A stretch of DNA of 64,000 nt from Escherichia phage EcWhh-1. Each line of letters starts with the position of its first letter. The first letter of the stretch is position 1. Below the pieces are notes generated by a model. That model had not been told where the DNA came from and ran no database searches. It saw nothing but the letters and a program-made list of their open reading frames with translations. This document shows, piece after piece, positions 41,633 through 50,065 of this stretch. The DNA lies in the sequence record MH791409.1; one strand, written 5' to 3'. A program made the translations under genes and the position numbers.

Positions 41633-41930
41633 TTTCGTCTCGCTCAAATCGGTGTTTGCAATGGCGGCATTTATATCGAAGATTACTGGTTTGCCAATGG
41701 ACCAATTGAACCTGTTCTGTGCCACACTTAGGACAGTTAGGAACATTCTTAGAAGCTTGTTCTCGTCGTGCGACCATAGCCATTACAGCATCCCAATTAA
41801 CGGCATCACCATAATCATCACAACCATGAATTTTACCGACCAATTCAACTTCAACATCCTCGGCTTTAATAAATTTCAATAAACCGGTATTAGATGCTGA
41901 AGCAATATCTTCAGCTAAACGTTGTTTCAT
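41619..41930 (-). CDS. zinc-ribbon protein, 103 aa
   Basis: CPKCGTEQ...CRHCKHRF. 4-nt overlap with the upstream gene. Confidence 0.55.
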   Translation of the reverse strand: MKQRLAEDIASASNTGLLKFIKAEDVEVELVGKIHGCDDYGDAVNWDAVMAMVARREQASKNVPNCPKCGTEQVQLVHWQTSNLRYKCRHCKHRFERDENGKA

Positions 41931-42937
41931 TTCAGCAGCTCCAGAGCCTGTTCAAGACGGTCTAAACGATTGGTAGACTCTTCCCAAAGTTTCTTGGCAG
42001 CGGTATATTGCCCGGTCAGTTTTTTGTTAATAGCCAAGGCATCTTTATACGCTTTTTCTAAGGCAACGATTTCCGGTAACTTGGATTTAGTAATTGGTGT
42101 ATGGGCCATGATAGGGCTGTTCAAGTCGTTAATCAAGTCTTCTAATGTAGCAGGCTCTTTATCAGTATTCACAATTTCCTCACATTTTTCTTGGTAAATT
42201 TCAGCGTCAGTTTTTGGAACGGTACATTTGATTTCGCGAACTGTTACTAAGACCTCATATCCTTTCCAGCCTAAGCGGTGTTTAACTTCTTGGGTCTCAT
42301 ATTTCTCTACTGTATCCATCAAAGCTAGGGCTTGTTCGATAGTATTCAAGGTATCGTAAGCAATATCTTGATACTTTACAACTTCCGCATCATCTTTAGG
42401 TTTCCTATTAGGTGACCAAATAACAGAAATAATAGCTTTTCCTTTATAACTATTTGTTTTAATCATGCAATTAGCCATCGGGTGAATAGTACGACAATCA
42501 CCGGAAACTATAGTTTTAGAGGCCGCTTTGAGAATTAATGCAGAGTTAGCCTTGAATTCGCTAACCCAACGTTGCGGAAATAAACTACTAGGGTCCATAC
42601 CTTTAATTTTGATATAACCTTTTATGGTATCACCAAACCATTTGTAGCTAACAACGTGGCTAGAACCCGGATATTTCTCTTTACCGAACTCAGAAAGGAT
42701 GTCCTTATTGACCAGTCGAGAAAGCAGTCGAGAACCTTTAAATGTATCTACGATATCAGGAATAAACAAACGACCCGCTATCTTTTCGATTTCAGCTTTG
42801 AAACAGCGCGATAATGCATCATCAATTTGGTCGACCCATTTATTGATATTAGAAACTATTACCACATATGGGGTTAATGGAGGGGTGTTGGCAGTGATAT
42901 ACGTAGTAAAGGCATTGATGTATTCAGTACGAGTCAT
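41927..42937 (-). CDS. hypothetical protein, 336 aa, C-terminal coiled coil
   Basis: Own early promoter. Tail ...[22 protein letters not shown]. Confidence 0.6.
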   Translation of the reverse strand: MTRTEYINAFTTYITANTPPLTPYVVIVSNINKWVDQIDDALSRCFKAEIEKIAGRLFIPDIVDTFKGSRLLSRLVNKDILSEFGKEKYPGSSHVVSYKWFGDTIKGYIKIKGMDPSSLFPQRWVSEFKANSALILKAASKTIVSGDCRTIHPMANCMIKTNSYKGKAIISVIWSPNRKPKDDAEVVKYQDIAYDTLNTIEQALALMDTVEKYETQEVKHRLGWKGYEVLVTVREIKCTVPKTDAEIYQEKCEEIVNTDKEPATLEDLINDLNSPIMAHTPITKSKLPEIVALEKAYKDALAINKKLTGQYTAAKKLWEESTNRLDRLEQALELLK

Positions 42938-42963
42938 GATATTCTCCTCAAGTTGATAGAAAG

Positions 42964-42993
42964 ATTATACTCCATCCATCCTTGGATGTAAAC
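42964..42993 (-). promoter_or_regulatory. early-type promoter
   Basis: GTTTAC (42993-42988), 18 nt, TATAAT (42969-42964). Confidence 0.55.
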
Positions 42994-42994
42994 A

Positions 42995-43870
42995 TTATTT
43001 TAGAGCTAATACTGCAGCGCGGAGCTTGTCACGCTGGAGTTCCATGTTCTTGATGCGAATCAATACGTCTTGGATACTCTTTTTCTCATCTTCGATCTGG
43101 CCGTTTAAACGGTGGATTGATTCCTGGAGATGGTCCTCATGATACTTCTCGATAGGTTTCATCGTAGGGTTAGTAACCACCATAGAATTATCAGGTGTAA
43201 TTTTCCAATGATACGGTTTGGAATTGAATGGACTCGGTACAGCCGTGGTTTTGAATTTGTCATAGGCTGCATACTGGCCTACACTGTCACATGATACTGC
43301 AGAGGTAGAGATACGTCGTTCCATTTGTGGGTCCTTTTGTTGGGATTGGTAAGGGGCATAAGACAAAAGATATTCGCGAGTTAGTTTAATTCTGATGTAT
43401 ACTGCATCAGCCAGCCCGGAACATTCTGCGTACTCGTCAGTAGTAACCTTATATGATTCTACAGCCTTAATACGAGCCATTGCTTCTCTGAATAAGGTTT
43501 CAAATGCTTCACGAAGGGCCTTATTACCTTTTGAGGTAGGACGGAAACGAACTTGAACACCATCATCCAAAATATTAATGACCAGGTTACGAGCTGTAAA
43601 ATTAATATTTTTGATATTGACAGGAACCGTAGAAATACGCCCTGCAGTAGCCAATAGGTCTTTGATATTAGCTCGTAATGTTGCACCAAACAGATGGGCC
43701 GGGCTACGGCAATAATCATTCAAAGAGCTGATGTAAGTTCCTTTACGGCCTACACCATAAGTATAATTACCATTACAAATATGACCAAAGTCAGCTAGGC
43801 GGTCAATAGCGATACGACGAGTCGTGTCATGGTCATAGATGGAATATTCTTTACGTGTTTTAATGTTCAT
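42995..43870 (-). CDS. hypothetical protein, 291 aa, C-terminal coiled coil
   Basis: ATG 43870 lies 1 nt after the upstream TAA (the track start lies further upstream, inside the neighbouring gene). Tail ...IKNMELQRDKLRAAVLALK. Confidence 0.55.
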   Translation of the reverse strand: MNIKTRKEYSIYDHDTTRRIAIDRLADFGHICNGNYTYGVGRKGTYISSLNDYCRSPAHLFGATLRANIKDLLATAGRISTVPVNIKNINFTARNLVINILDDGVQVRFRPTSKGNKALREAFETLFREAMARIKAVESYKVTTDEYAECSGLADAVYIRIKLTREYLLSYAPYQSQQKDPQMERRISTSAVSCDSVGQYAAYDKFKTTAVPSPFNSKPYHWKITPDNSMVVTNPTMKPIEKYHEDHLQESIHRLNGQIEDEKKSIQDVLIRIKNMELQRDKLRAAVLALK

Positions 43871-43871
43871 A

Positions 43872-44087
43872 TTAAAGTCCAAATAATTTTTCATAGAGTT
43901 TAGCAATAGGCCATAGAACTAGCATACATAGCCAGGCAAAGCAAAATACCGGCCATACGAATGTAATGAATACTGCATCATAGCTTGATTCAATTTCAAC
44001 CGGGTTCCATGCACCGGACTTATGAACAAATAATGCAGTAATAAATCCTATCACAAGATATCCAATAATAAAACTGATAATTTCCAT
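43872..44087 (-). CDS. membrane protein, 71 aa
   Basis: Two predicted TM segments (IISFIIGYLVIGFITALFV; FVWPVFCFAWLCMLVLWPI). Confidence 0.55.
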   Translation of the reverse strand: MEIISFIIGYLVIGFITALFVHKSGAWNPVEIESSYDAVFITFVWPVFCFAWLCMLVLWPIAKLYEKLFGL

Positions 44088-44089
44088 AA

Positions 44090-44938
44090 TTAATCCTTAA
44101 GAAGATTTAGGATATCGATATATTTTTGACGTTCAGCCTTAGCTTTAGCATTCAGACCAGAGAGTCGGAAAATCTCATCATCTTGTTGTTGGATTGTAAC
44201 ATTCAAGCAAGTAAGCAAATTGCTAAAATACTCAATCTGGGCTTGATGCTTCTCATTGCTGCGCACTGGCACAGGTTCCGGTTTAGGAGCTTGTTCTGAA
44301 GGCTCTTCAGTCAGGTCTTTAATTTGGTACAGTTTAATACGCTGACCCGCTCCAGTTTCGGCATCACCAAAACTAAGAACACCATGCCGTTCTAATTCAG
44401 ACAGGGCTAAGCGCAGGTGGAACTTCCAGTTGTCATATTGACAACCACTATAAGTGGAAACAATATACCCACCATGTTCAGGTATTTGACTTTTAATAAT
44501 ATTAAAGACAATCCAATCGCCTGAACCATTGGTCTTAAAGGTCATTTGTTTATCAAGACCTTTTGCAAGGCGAGCGCCAAGAGCCAGTAGACGCCGTTGG
44601 TTGGCATGAAGGTCTTGAACAACTTCGTCAAATGACATCGCCGGGATTAAACGACCATAAAGGTCGTAGCCTTTGTTATAATTTTTAAGAATAATTTTGG
44701 CATTAGCACGAGACAACATACCTGTTTTACGAAGAGTTTTCATGACTCGGTCTTCTAACGTAAACGAACCTTTAGTCTTGTCAAAGATTTTAGTGAAGTC
44801 ATCTTTAACAGTACAAACATTGAACTTGTCCCACATCATATATAGAACCCTTTCAACCACTTCATTAGAACTCGGAATAAAACCAAAATTAATAACTTTT
44901 TTAACTTCAGAACGAATTTGATTAATTGCCTGTGACAT
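44090..44938 (-). CDS. hypothetical protein, 282 aa, C-terminal coiled coil
   Basis: Shares its leader and MSQAI start with 37043-37372. Tail ...AKAERQKYIDILNLLKD. Confidence 0.6.
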   Translation of the reverse strand: MSQAINQIRSEVKKVINFGFIPSSNEVVERVLYMMWDKFNVCTVKDDFTKIFDKTKGSFTLEDRVMKTLRKTGMLSRANAKIILKNYNKGYDLYGRLIPAMSFDEVVQDLHANQRRLLALGARLAKGLDKQMTFKTNGSGDWIVFNIIKSQIPEHGGYIVSTYSGCQYDNWKFHLRLALSELERHGVLSFGDAETGAGQRIKLYQIKDLTEEPSEQAPKPEPVPVRSNEKHQAQIEYFSNLLTCLNVTIQQQDDEIFRLSGLNAKAKAERQKYIDILNLLKD

Positions 44939-44975
44939 AATAATTTCCTCAGTAAGTAATTAAGAACCTAGAACC

Positions 44976-45002
44976 ATTATACCATCCTTGGTATAAAGCG
45001 TT
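44976..45002 (-). promoter_or_regulatory. MotA-type middle promoter (variant box)
   Basis: aaCGCTTTA (45002-44994), 12 nt, TATAAT (44981-44976). Confidence 0.45.
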
Positions 45003-45526
45003 TATGCGAGAACCGTCTTTAAACGCTCTTCAAATTTCTGAAGCAGAGCTTGGCGTTCAGCTCGTTGTGATTTGTACTGCTCGATACGACCTGAAGTGAG
45101 GGCGTACTGTTCGTTTACTGATTCCCGCATGAATTCAGGAATCTCTTTACACGCTTTGATTTCGTCAAACTTATCAATAACCGCTTGTTCCTCGGCAATC
45201 AGATTATCGAAATAAGCGATATCAGATTTAACATTTGCCAGGTCGGATTCAGTAGGCATTAAACGTTTGTTACGTTCAGCTTGATAAGCTTGATTGTTTT
45301 CACGGCTCCAGTAAAGAATACGTTTTTTGTTAGTGTTTTTATAGAGCTCTACAATACCAACTGAATCGATGATAGCAATCCAGTTCCAACGGCTTTTGTA
45401 AATCTCTCCTCCAGATACGGTAATCTCATTACCACAAGCAACGTCGTTAAAGAACTTGCTTTGTTTTTCAGATTTGAAATTACCATTATTAAAATTAATC
45501 AGTGAAAAAATATCTTTAGCGTTCAT
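45002..45526 (-). CDS. hypothetical protein, 174 aa, C-terminal coiled coil
   Basis: Own early promoter. Tail ...RAERQALLQKFEERLKTVLA. Confidence 0.6.
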   Translation of the reverse strand: MNAKDIFSLINFNNGNFKSEKQSKFFNDVACGNEITVSGGEIYKSRWNWIAIIDSVGIVELYKNTNKKRILYWSRENNQAYQAERNKRLMPTESDLANVKSDIAYFDNLIAEEQAVIDKFDEIKACKEIPEFMRESVNEQYALTSGRIEQYKSQRAERQALLQKFEERLKTVLA

Positions 45527-45552
45527 GATAACCTCCAGTAGTTGATAGGTCT

Positions 45553-45581
45553 ATAGTATCATTTCTACTGGAGATGTAAAC
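45553..45581 (-). promoter_or_regulatory. early-type promoter
   Basis: GTTTAC (45581-45576), 17 nt, TACTAT (45558-45553), leader AGACCTATCAAC. Confidence 0.6.
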
Positions 45582-45583
45582 AA

Positions 45584-45925
45584 CTAATAGAAACTTTTTT
45601 CACCGGATTGACCACTAAACCAAGCGGATTGGGTGTTCTCTTTCCGTTGGTGTTTAATACGAATAAGGTATTCATTCCTGATGGCGCAGAGTTCACCTCG
45701 GAAGTCGCCTGCCAACTTTACCTGCTTACGGTCTAGATTTATTAAGGCCTGAGTCTTAGCGGCCAAGGCCAGTCTCTTGTAGTCTCCTTCTTCACAATCG
45801 GTTTTATAAACCTTTTCGGCGAATTTGTATTTAAATTCATTATCATAGTCCTCGACGGACTGTTTCATGGCATTAGAGTACTTCAACTCTGCTTTTATAA
45901 GGTCGTAACTAAATTGTTCGAACAT
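45584..45925 (-). CDS. hypothetical protein, 113 aa
   Basis: Coding-strand ORF. No domain recognised. Confidence 0.5.
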   Translation of the reverse strand: MFEQFSYDLIKAELKYSNAMKQSVEDYDNEFKYKFAEKVYKTDCEEGDYKRLALAAKTQALINLDRKQVKLAGDFRGELCAIRNEYLIRIKHQRKENTQSAWFSGQSGEKSFY

Positions 45926-45935
45926 AATTTCACCT

Positions 45936-46916
45936 TTATTTCAGAAGTGTAACTTCAGCGATTTCGTTCCAGTCATTTTTATCAGTGGCAATGAAGTCCG
46001 CCAGATAAAGAGCTGTACGTAATGATACGTTACGAAGACGAGATACATTAGCCTTCATCCATGCTAAAGCTTGATAAGTCTCAGCATCAGTCAGACCTCG
46101 ATTTTGCATCATATCAGTGGACAGGATAACGTCTTCAACACGAACCATAATCTCTTCGTTCGAGTGAACTCCGAGGTCTAAGTAAACTGAACGAGATACT
46201 AAAGCCTGGAGGTGTGGAGCAAGTTTAGTTCCACGCTCTAATTCACGGTCAATATCAACGTTGGTGATGAACACGATGGTGCCTTCGTATTCGAATTCTT
46301 TATCGATATTTTTATCATCGAGGTAAGAACTTGAAGTGCTCCAGCACACTTTACGTTTTTCACCAGTATCCAATGCTGCTTTTAACAGGTTCAGGATATC
46401 CATATCAGAGAATACATCAACATCATCGATAAGAAGAACACTATTAGGGCCGCGGTTATTCCAAAGCTGCTCGTAAAGACCGATTCCACTAATCTTTCCG
46501 TTGATTGATTTATATTCGATAGTTTCATTTTCGTGGGCATTTTGTAATGCTTTATCCAAAGAATACGTTTTACCAATACCTGCGGCACCAGAGATGATAA
46601 GGGAACGAATTTTACCATCGATGATTCCGTTGGTCATCATGTTCATTACTTTAAAACGTTTGTTGATGCGATGTTTCATTTCTTCAGCGGATTCAGTAAT
46701 CACTACAGGAGCTTCAGTACCTTCCATTTCAACGTCACATTTGAACACCCATACACCACGTTCAACACCATCAATCTGTACGAATACCTTGCCATCACCG
46801 AGGTGAGCTTCGGATTCATGAATTTTATTTGGGAACCAGGTTTTACCTGAACTCATGAACGTACCAGAGATTTCATTACCGCGATAGATACCTTTGTTGA
46901 TTTTGATAGTTAACAT
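45936..46916 (-). CDS. AAA+ ATPase
   Basis: Start at ATG 46916 (AAGGAG SD). Walker A IISGAAGIGKTYS, Walker B VLLIDDVD. Confidence 0.7.
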   Translation of the reverse strand: MLTIKINKGIYRGNEISGTFMSSGKTWFPNKIHESEAHLGDGKVFVQIDGVERGVWVFKCDVEMEGTEAPVVITESAEEMKHRINKRFKVMNMMTNGIIDGKIRSLIISGAAGIGKTYSLDKALQNAHENETIEYKSINGKISGIGLYEQLWNNRGPNSVLLIDDVDVFSDMDILNLLKAALDTGEKRKVCWSTSSSYLDDKNIDKEFEYEGTIVFITNVDIDRELERGTKLAPHLQALVSRSVYLDLGVHSNEEIMVRVEDVILSTDMMQNRGLTDAETYQALAWMKANVSRLRNVSLRTALYLADFIATDKNDWNEIAEVTLLK

Positions 46917-46951
46917 TTTATTCTCCTTCACTCAGTAGATTTGATAGGTCT

Positions 46952-46980
46952 ATAATAACATGTTTGAAATGGATGTACAC
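46952..46980 (-). promoter_or_regulatory. early-type promoter (GTGTAC variant)
   Basis: GTGTAC (46980-46975), 17 nt, TATTAT (46957-46952). About 40 nt are near-identical to the copy at 47264-47292. Confidence 0.5.
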
Positions 46981-46982
46981 AC

Positions 46983-47213
46983 TTATTTTGCAATAATTTC
47001 ACAGAAGCCATCTTTATAGCGGGCCCATGTTTCACCATTTACTGTATAAAGAGCAGCTTTACGACCATTAGGCATAACAACTTGTTTACCTTTGTTTTTA
47101 GTTACAGCTTCAATAATTTCGTATTCTTCGGCACGATCAGCTTTAAATGTATCTTCCAGAGCGATCAAGTTAGTAGTGTAAGAACCGTATTTGTAATTTT
47201 TGATAGCGTACAT
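46983..47213 (-). CDS. hypothetical protein, 76 aa
   Basis: Flanked by the two near-identical promoter copies. Confidence 0.55.
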   Translation of the reverse strand: MYAIKNYKYGSYTTNLIALEDTFKADRAEEYEIIEAVTKNKGKQVVMPNGRKAALYTVNGETWARYKDGFCEIIAK

Positions 47214-47263
47214 TTTTATATCTCCGTTTGGTTTAAGTTTTCAGCTCTTTAGCTGATAGGTCT

Positions 47264-47292
47264 ATAATAACATGTTTAAAGCAGATGTACAC
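47264..47292 (-). promoter_or_regulatory. early-type promoter (GTGTAC variant)
   Basis: GTGTAC (47292-47287), 17 nt, TATTAT (47269-47264). Confidence 0.5.
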
Positions 47293-47312
47293 TACTTTTT
47301 TGCACTAAACCC

Positions 47313-47334
47313 AAAAAAGGCCCGAAGGCCTTTT
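47313..47334 (-). terminator. rho-independent terminator
   Basis: AAAAGGCC-UUCG-GGCCUUUU plus a U-run. Abuts the TGA at 47336-47338. Confidence 0.7.
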
Positions 47335-47335
47335 A

Positions 47336-48346
47336 TCATTTATAATACGAGTTATGGTTTTCTAGGTAAACCTGCTCAACGAACTTGTCCCAGAACTTCA
47401 TATCTACCTTATCAGGCATACCGTTCTTAGCTGCCCAGATGGCATTGGTTTCGACTTCATCAACTATAGCTTCGAGCTCAGCCTGTACATCTTTAAAAGC
47501 ATGTAGCCCCTGTTTGATTTCAAGGATAAATGGTGCTGTTCGTAAAGGATATTGAAGGTCACCGGTCATATAGATTTCCTTCAACTGATATCCAGCACGA
47601 TAAGCATGGCTCAGAGCTTTCCAGTCAATACCTTCATTAGCTTCAGCCTTACGAGCACGTTCGCCATATTCTGCATCAAGTTTATTCAGAGATTGCTTAA
47701 GCTCGACCAATGACAGAGTAGTTTGGTACTTACGTCCGAGGACAGTATAGAACGTTTGAGGACCTGTTTTCTCGTGGTTATGAAATACCCATTCACAGAA
47801 CTCGTTTTCAGGGAGCCGGTGCTTAATATCTTCTACCTTAGTACGTCGTTGCTTAGTAGAACCATCTTCTTGATAATCAACCCACTGTTCAGGAATCTGG
47901 TTAACGATAGCCAGTACACCACGCAGAGCAGCCAGACGAGAACCCTTAACACCATATTTAGAAGCTTGCTTACGAACGTACCCTAAATAGGCTTTCATGT
48001 TGGTTGTATAGAACCGAGAACGATTGTCTTGGATAAATTTCCATACATCAGGTAAATCAGATTTAACCACCAGTTCAGGTGGAGTATGAATCATGTCCAG
48101 AGCAACTGTTTCGCCATCAGCCGCTAGTTTAAAGAAATATTTCAGGCTGTAAAGCTCGTGGTCGACATCATCTTTAGTGTTTTTGGAAGCAGTGTTATTC
48201 GTGTTCAGGTTGGTATGGTTCATAGCCGTACCTAACAGAATATCACGCGGATGCGGAACAAAGATTTCTTTAAAATCGACATCAGATTCCGGAGTACTTG
48301 TTCCATAAAGGTGGCTACCGAAGTAGCCTTTCATAACTGTTCTCAT
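47336..48346 (-). CDS. predicted nucleotidyltransferase (pol-beta superfamily, RlaP-like)
   Basis: 336 aa. GSHLYGTSTPESDVDF (G-S...D-x-D) signature. ATGA overlap with the upstream gene. Confidence 0.6.
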   Translation of the reverse strand: MRTVMKGYFGSHLYGTSTPESDVDFKEIFVPHPRDILLGTAMNHTNLNTNNTASKNTKDDVDHELYSLKYFFKLAADGETVALDMIHTPPELVVKSDLPDVWKFIQDNRSRFYTTNMKAYLGYVRKQASKYGVKGSRLAALRGVLAIVNQIPEQWVDYQEDGSTKQRRTKVEDIKHRLPENEFCEWVFHNHEKTGPQTFYTVLGRKYQTTLSLVELKQSLNKLDAEYGERARKAEANEGIDWKALSHAYRAGYQLKEIYMTGDLQYPLRTAPFILEIKQGLHAFKDVQAELEAIVDEVETNAIWAAKNGMPDKVDMKFWDKFVEQVYLENHNSYYK

Positions 48347-48795
48347 TCTTTATTCTCGAAGTGGATTACAGGGCAGACCTTAGATTTACGAGCTTTGATA
48401 TATTGGATGACAACGTTTTCTTTAGTTTCTCGGCCTTCACGCTCAGCTTGAATACGTTGCCATTCCTTTTCTTCTCTACGGGCATCATACCATGAGTGTA
48501 AATTCATCGCACCGAATGCCAAACCAATGGATAGCGCAATAATAAGAGATATTGCAACCAACCCTAAAACAAACCCGAGACTCAACAGAACAGGGGTACT
48601 TAATACAAAGAAATGCTCTAATACACCAGCACCTGCAACAGTTAATCCAAAAAGCGTACTACCTGCAACAACAGCACAAGCAAAACAAGCCCAAACCATT
48701 TTCCAGAAGTAAGCACACAAAGAGTGTGGTCGAGAATGGCGGTCATAAAAACGGTCGTGTAATTTAACGTGCCAAGAGTTTGTATTGATAATCAT
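48343..48795 (-). CDS. membrane protein, 150 aa
   Basis: Three hydrophobic segments (CAYFWKMVWACFACAVVAGSTLFGL...). Confidence 0.55.
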   Translation of the reverse strand: MIINTNSWHVKLHDRFYDRHSRPHSLCAYFWKMVWACFACAVVAGSTLFGLTVAGAGVLEHFFVLSTPVLLSLGFVLGLVAISLIIALSIGLAFGAMNLHSWYDARREEKEWQRIQAEREGRETKENVVIQYIKARKSKVCPVIHFENKE

Positions 48796-48804
48796 AATAT
48801 TTCC

Positions 48805-49365
48805 TTAAGAGTTCATAGTTGGGATAACAGAGTTCAGATAAGAGACTAAAGCTTTGAGCTCGTCCTTAGTAAATACCACTTCATTTTCACCGTCGTGTCT
48901 TTGGGTCAAGGATAGCAAATCACGACCCTGATGTTGATACACAGACAATTCGGTGTCATAATCCATTTCTTCTTCATCACCTTCAAAGGTTTCACTAGAA
49001 CGAATTACCGCATCTTGGCCAGGGACTTTCCATTCAACTTCTGGATGGCATTCTTCCTGGAACAGTTTAAAAATATATTTAAAGAAATTAGCAGAATCAC
49101 TAATGCTTAGACATTCCCCATCCGTTTCCAAATTAAACCCGTTGTCATGGTTATAAATCTGGGCCCACATATCATCGTTAATATTAAATACACCTCTAAA
49201 ACTACCATTAAGATATTGGTGTTTGTCCAAAACCTTTAAATCGTAAAGTGGTTTGATATCTTGGATAGTCAGTACGATTTTATCGTCTTCTTGTGAAAGC
49301 ACAATTGCATTATCAACTACTTCAGCGGTCAGGTCACCAAACAACCCAGATGTTTCAATAATCAT
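48805..49365 (-). CDS. hypothetical acidic protein, 186 aa
   Basis: C-terminal block VFTKDELKALVSYLNS, shared with 49562-49759 and 50066-50302. Confidence 0.55.
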   Translation of the reverse strand: MIIETSGLFGDLTAEVVDNAIVLSQEDDKIVLTIQDIKPLYDLKVLDKHQYLNGSFRGVFNINDDMWAQIYNHDNGFNLETDGECLSISDSANFFKYIFKLFQEECHPEVEWKVPGQDAVIRSSETFEGDEEEMDYDTELSVYQHQGRDLLSLTQRHDGENEVVFTKDELKALVSYLNSVIPTMNS

Positions 49366-49375
49366 TTTCCGTTCC

Positions 49376-49558
49376 TCATTTCACATTTTGTTTAATAAAA
49401 TTTAACAACTCTTTAAGAGCTTCATCTTCTTCTTTAGAAAGCCTGCTACATTCACTAGCTGGGTAATCATTGCAAAACGCAGTTTCAAATCTGGCCACTG
49501 CTCCAGCATATGACTCGATAAGCTCTTCAAGTTTTAAATGCTTTTCTTCGGTTTTCAT
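49376..49558 (-). CDS. hypothetical helical protein, 60 aa (paralogue of 49879-50061)
   Basis: FCNDYPASECSRL...ALKELLNFIKQ versus MCEGYSYSGIERCKRD...ALVDYLEELK. Confidence 0.5.
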   Translation of the reverse strand: MKTEEKHLKLEELIESYAGAVARFETAFCNDYPASECSRLSKEEDEALKELLNFIKQNVK

Positions 49559-49561
49559 AAA

Positions 49562-49759
49562 TCACCGGTTGTGTTTTAAAATACTATAAAGCTCTTCGAC
49601 CTGGCTTGCGTTCAGACAAATCATATCATTTTCTTGTTGGAGCGTAATTCCACCTTTTTCTTCCCAATCTTTAACAAAGATGTCATCGTCAGACTCTTCA
49701 ACATCGGCCAAAAGGACGATAATACCGTCTTCAGAATTACCACTCGGATCGTATAACAT
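49562..49759 (-). CDS. hypothetical acidic protein, 65 aa
   Basis: Start moved to ATG 49759 (GAGGAAA SD, TAATG coupling). MLYDPSGNSEDGIIVLLADVEESDDD... Confidence 0.5.
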   Translation of the reverse strand: MLYDPSGNSEDGIIVLLADVEESDDDIFVKDWEEKGGITLQQENDMICLNASQVEELYSILKHNR

Positions 49760-49854
49760 TACAGTTTCCTCGCTAACCATGAAAAGAATAAACCAATTAA
49801 AACAGGCCCTACAGCCATTGTTAGCCAAGCCCAAGGTTCAAGATAGTAAATCAT
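49759..49854 (-). CDS. possible membrane peptide, 31 aa
   Basis: MIYYLEPWAWLTMAVGPVLIGLFFSWLARKL. TAATG-coupled to the next gene. Very short, so tentative. Confidence 0.3.
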   Translation of the reverse strand: MIYYLEPWAWLTMAVGPVLIGLFFSWLARKL

Positions 49855-49878
49855 CTCATGCTCCTGTGCCATCAGCCA

Positions 49879-50061
49879 TTATGCTTTCAATTCTTCTAAA
49901 TAATCAACCAAAGCCTGTTTTGATTTAGCCAAATCTCGTTTACACCGTTCTATTCCAGAATATGAATAACCTTCACACATCTCAACCGCAAGGTCGTTAG
50001 AATCTCTTTCAATTTCAATAGCCAATTTAAGAATTTTTGCACACTGTTCAGTAGTTAACAT
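49879..50061 (-). CDS. hypothetical helical protein, 60 aa
   Basis: Paralogue of 49376-49558 (C-x2-Y-x4-6-C motif). Confidence 0.5.
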   Translation of the reverse strand: MLTTEQCAKILKLAIEIERDSNDLAVEMCEGYSYSGIERCKRDLAKSKQALVDYLEELKA

Positions 50062-50065
50062 AATA

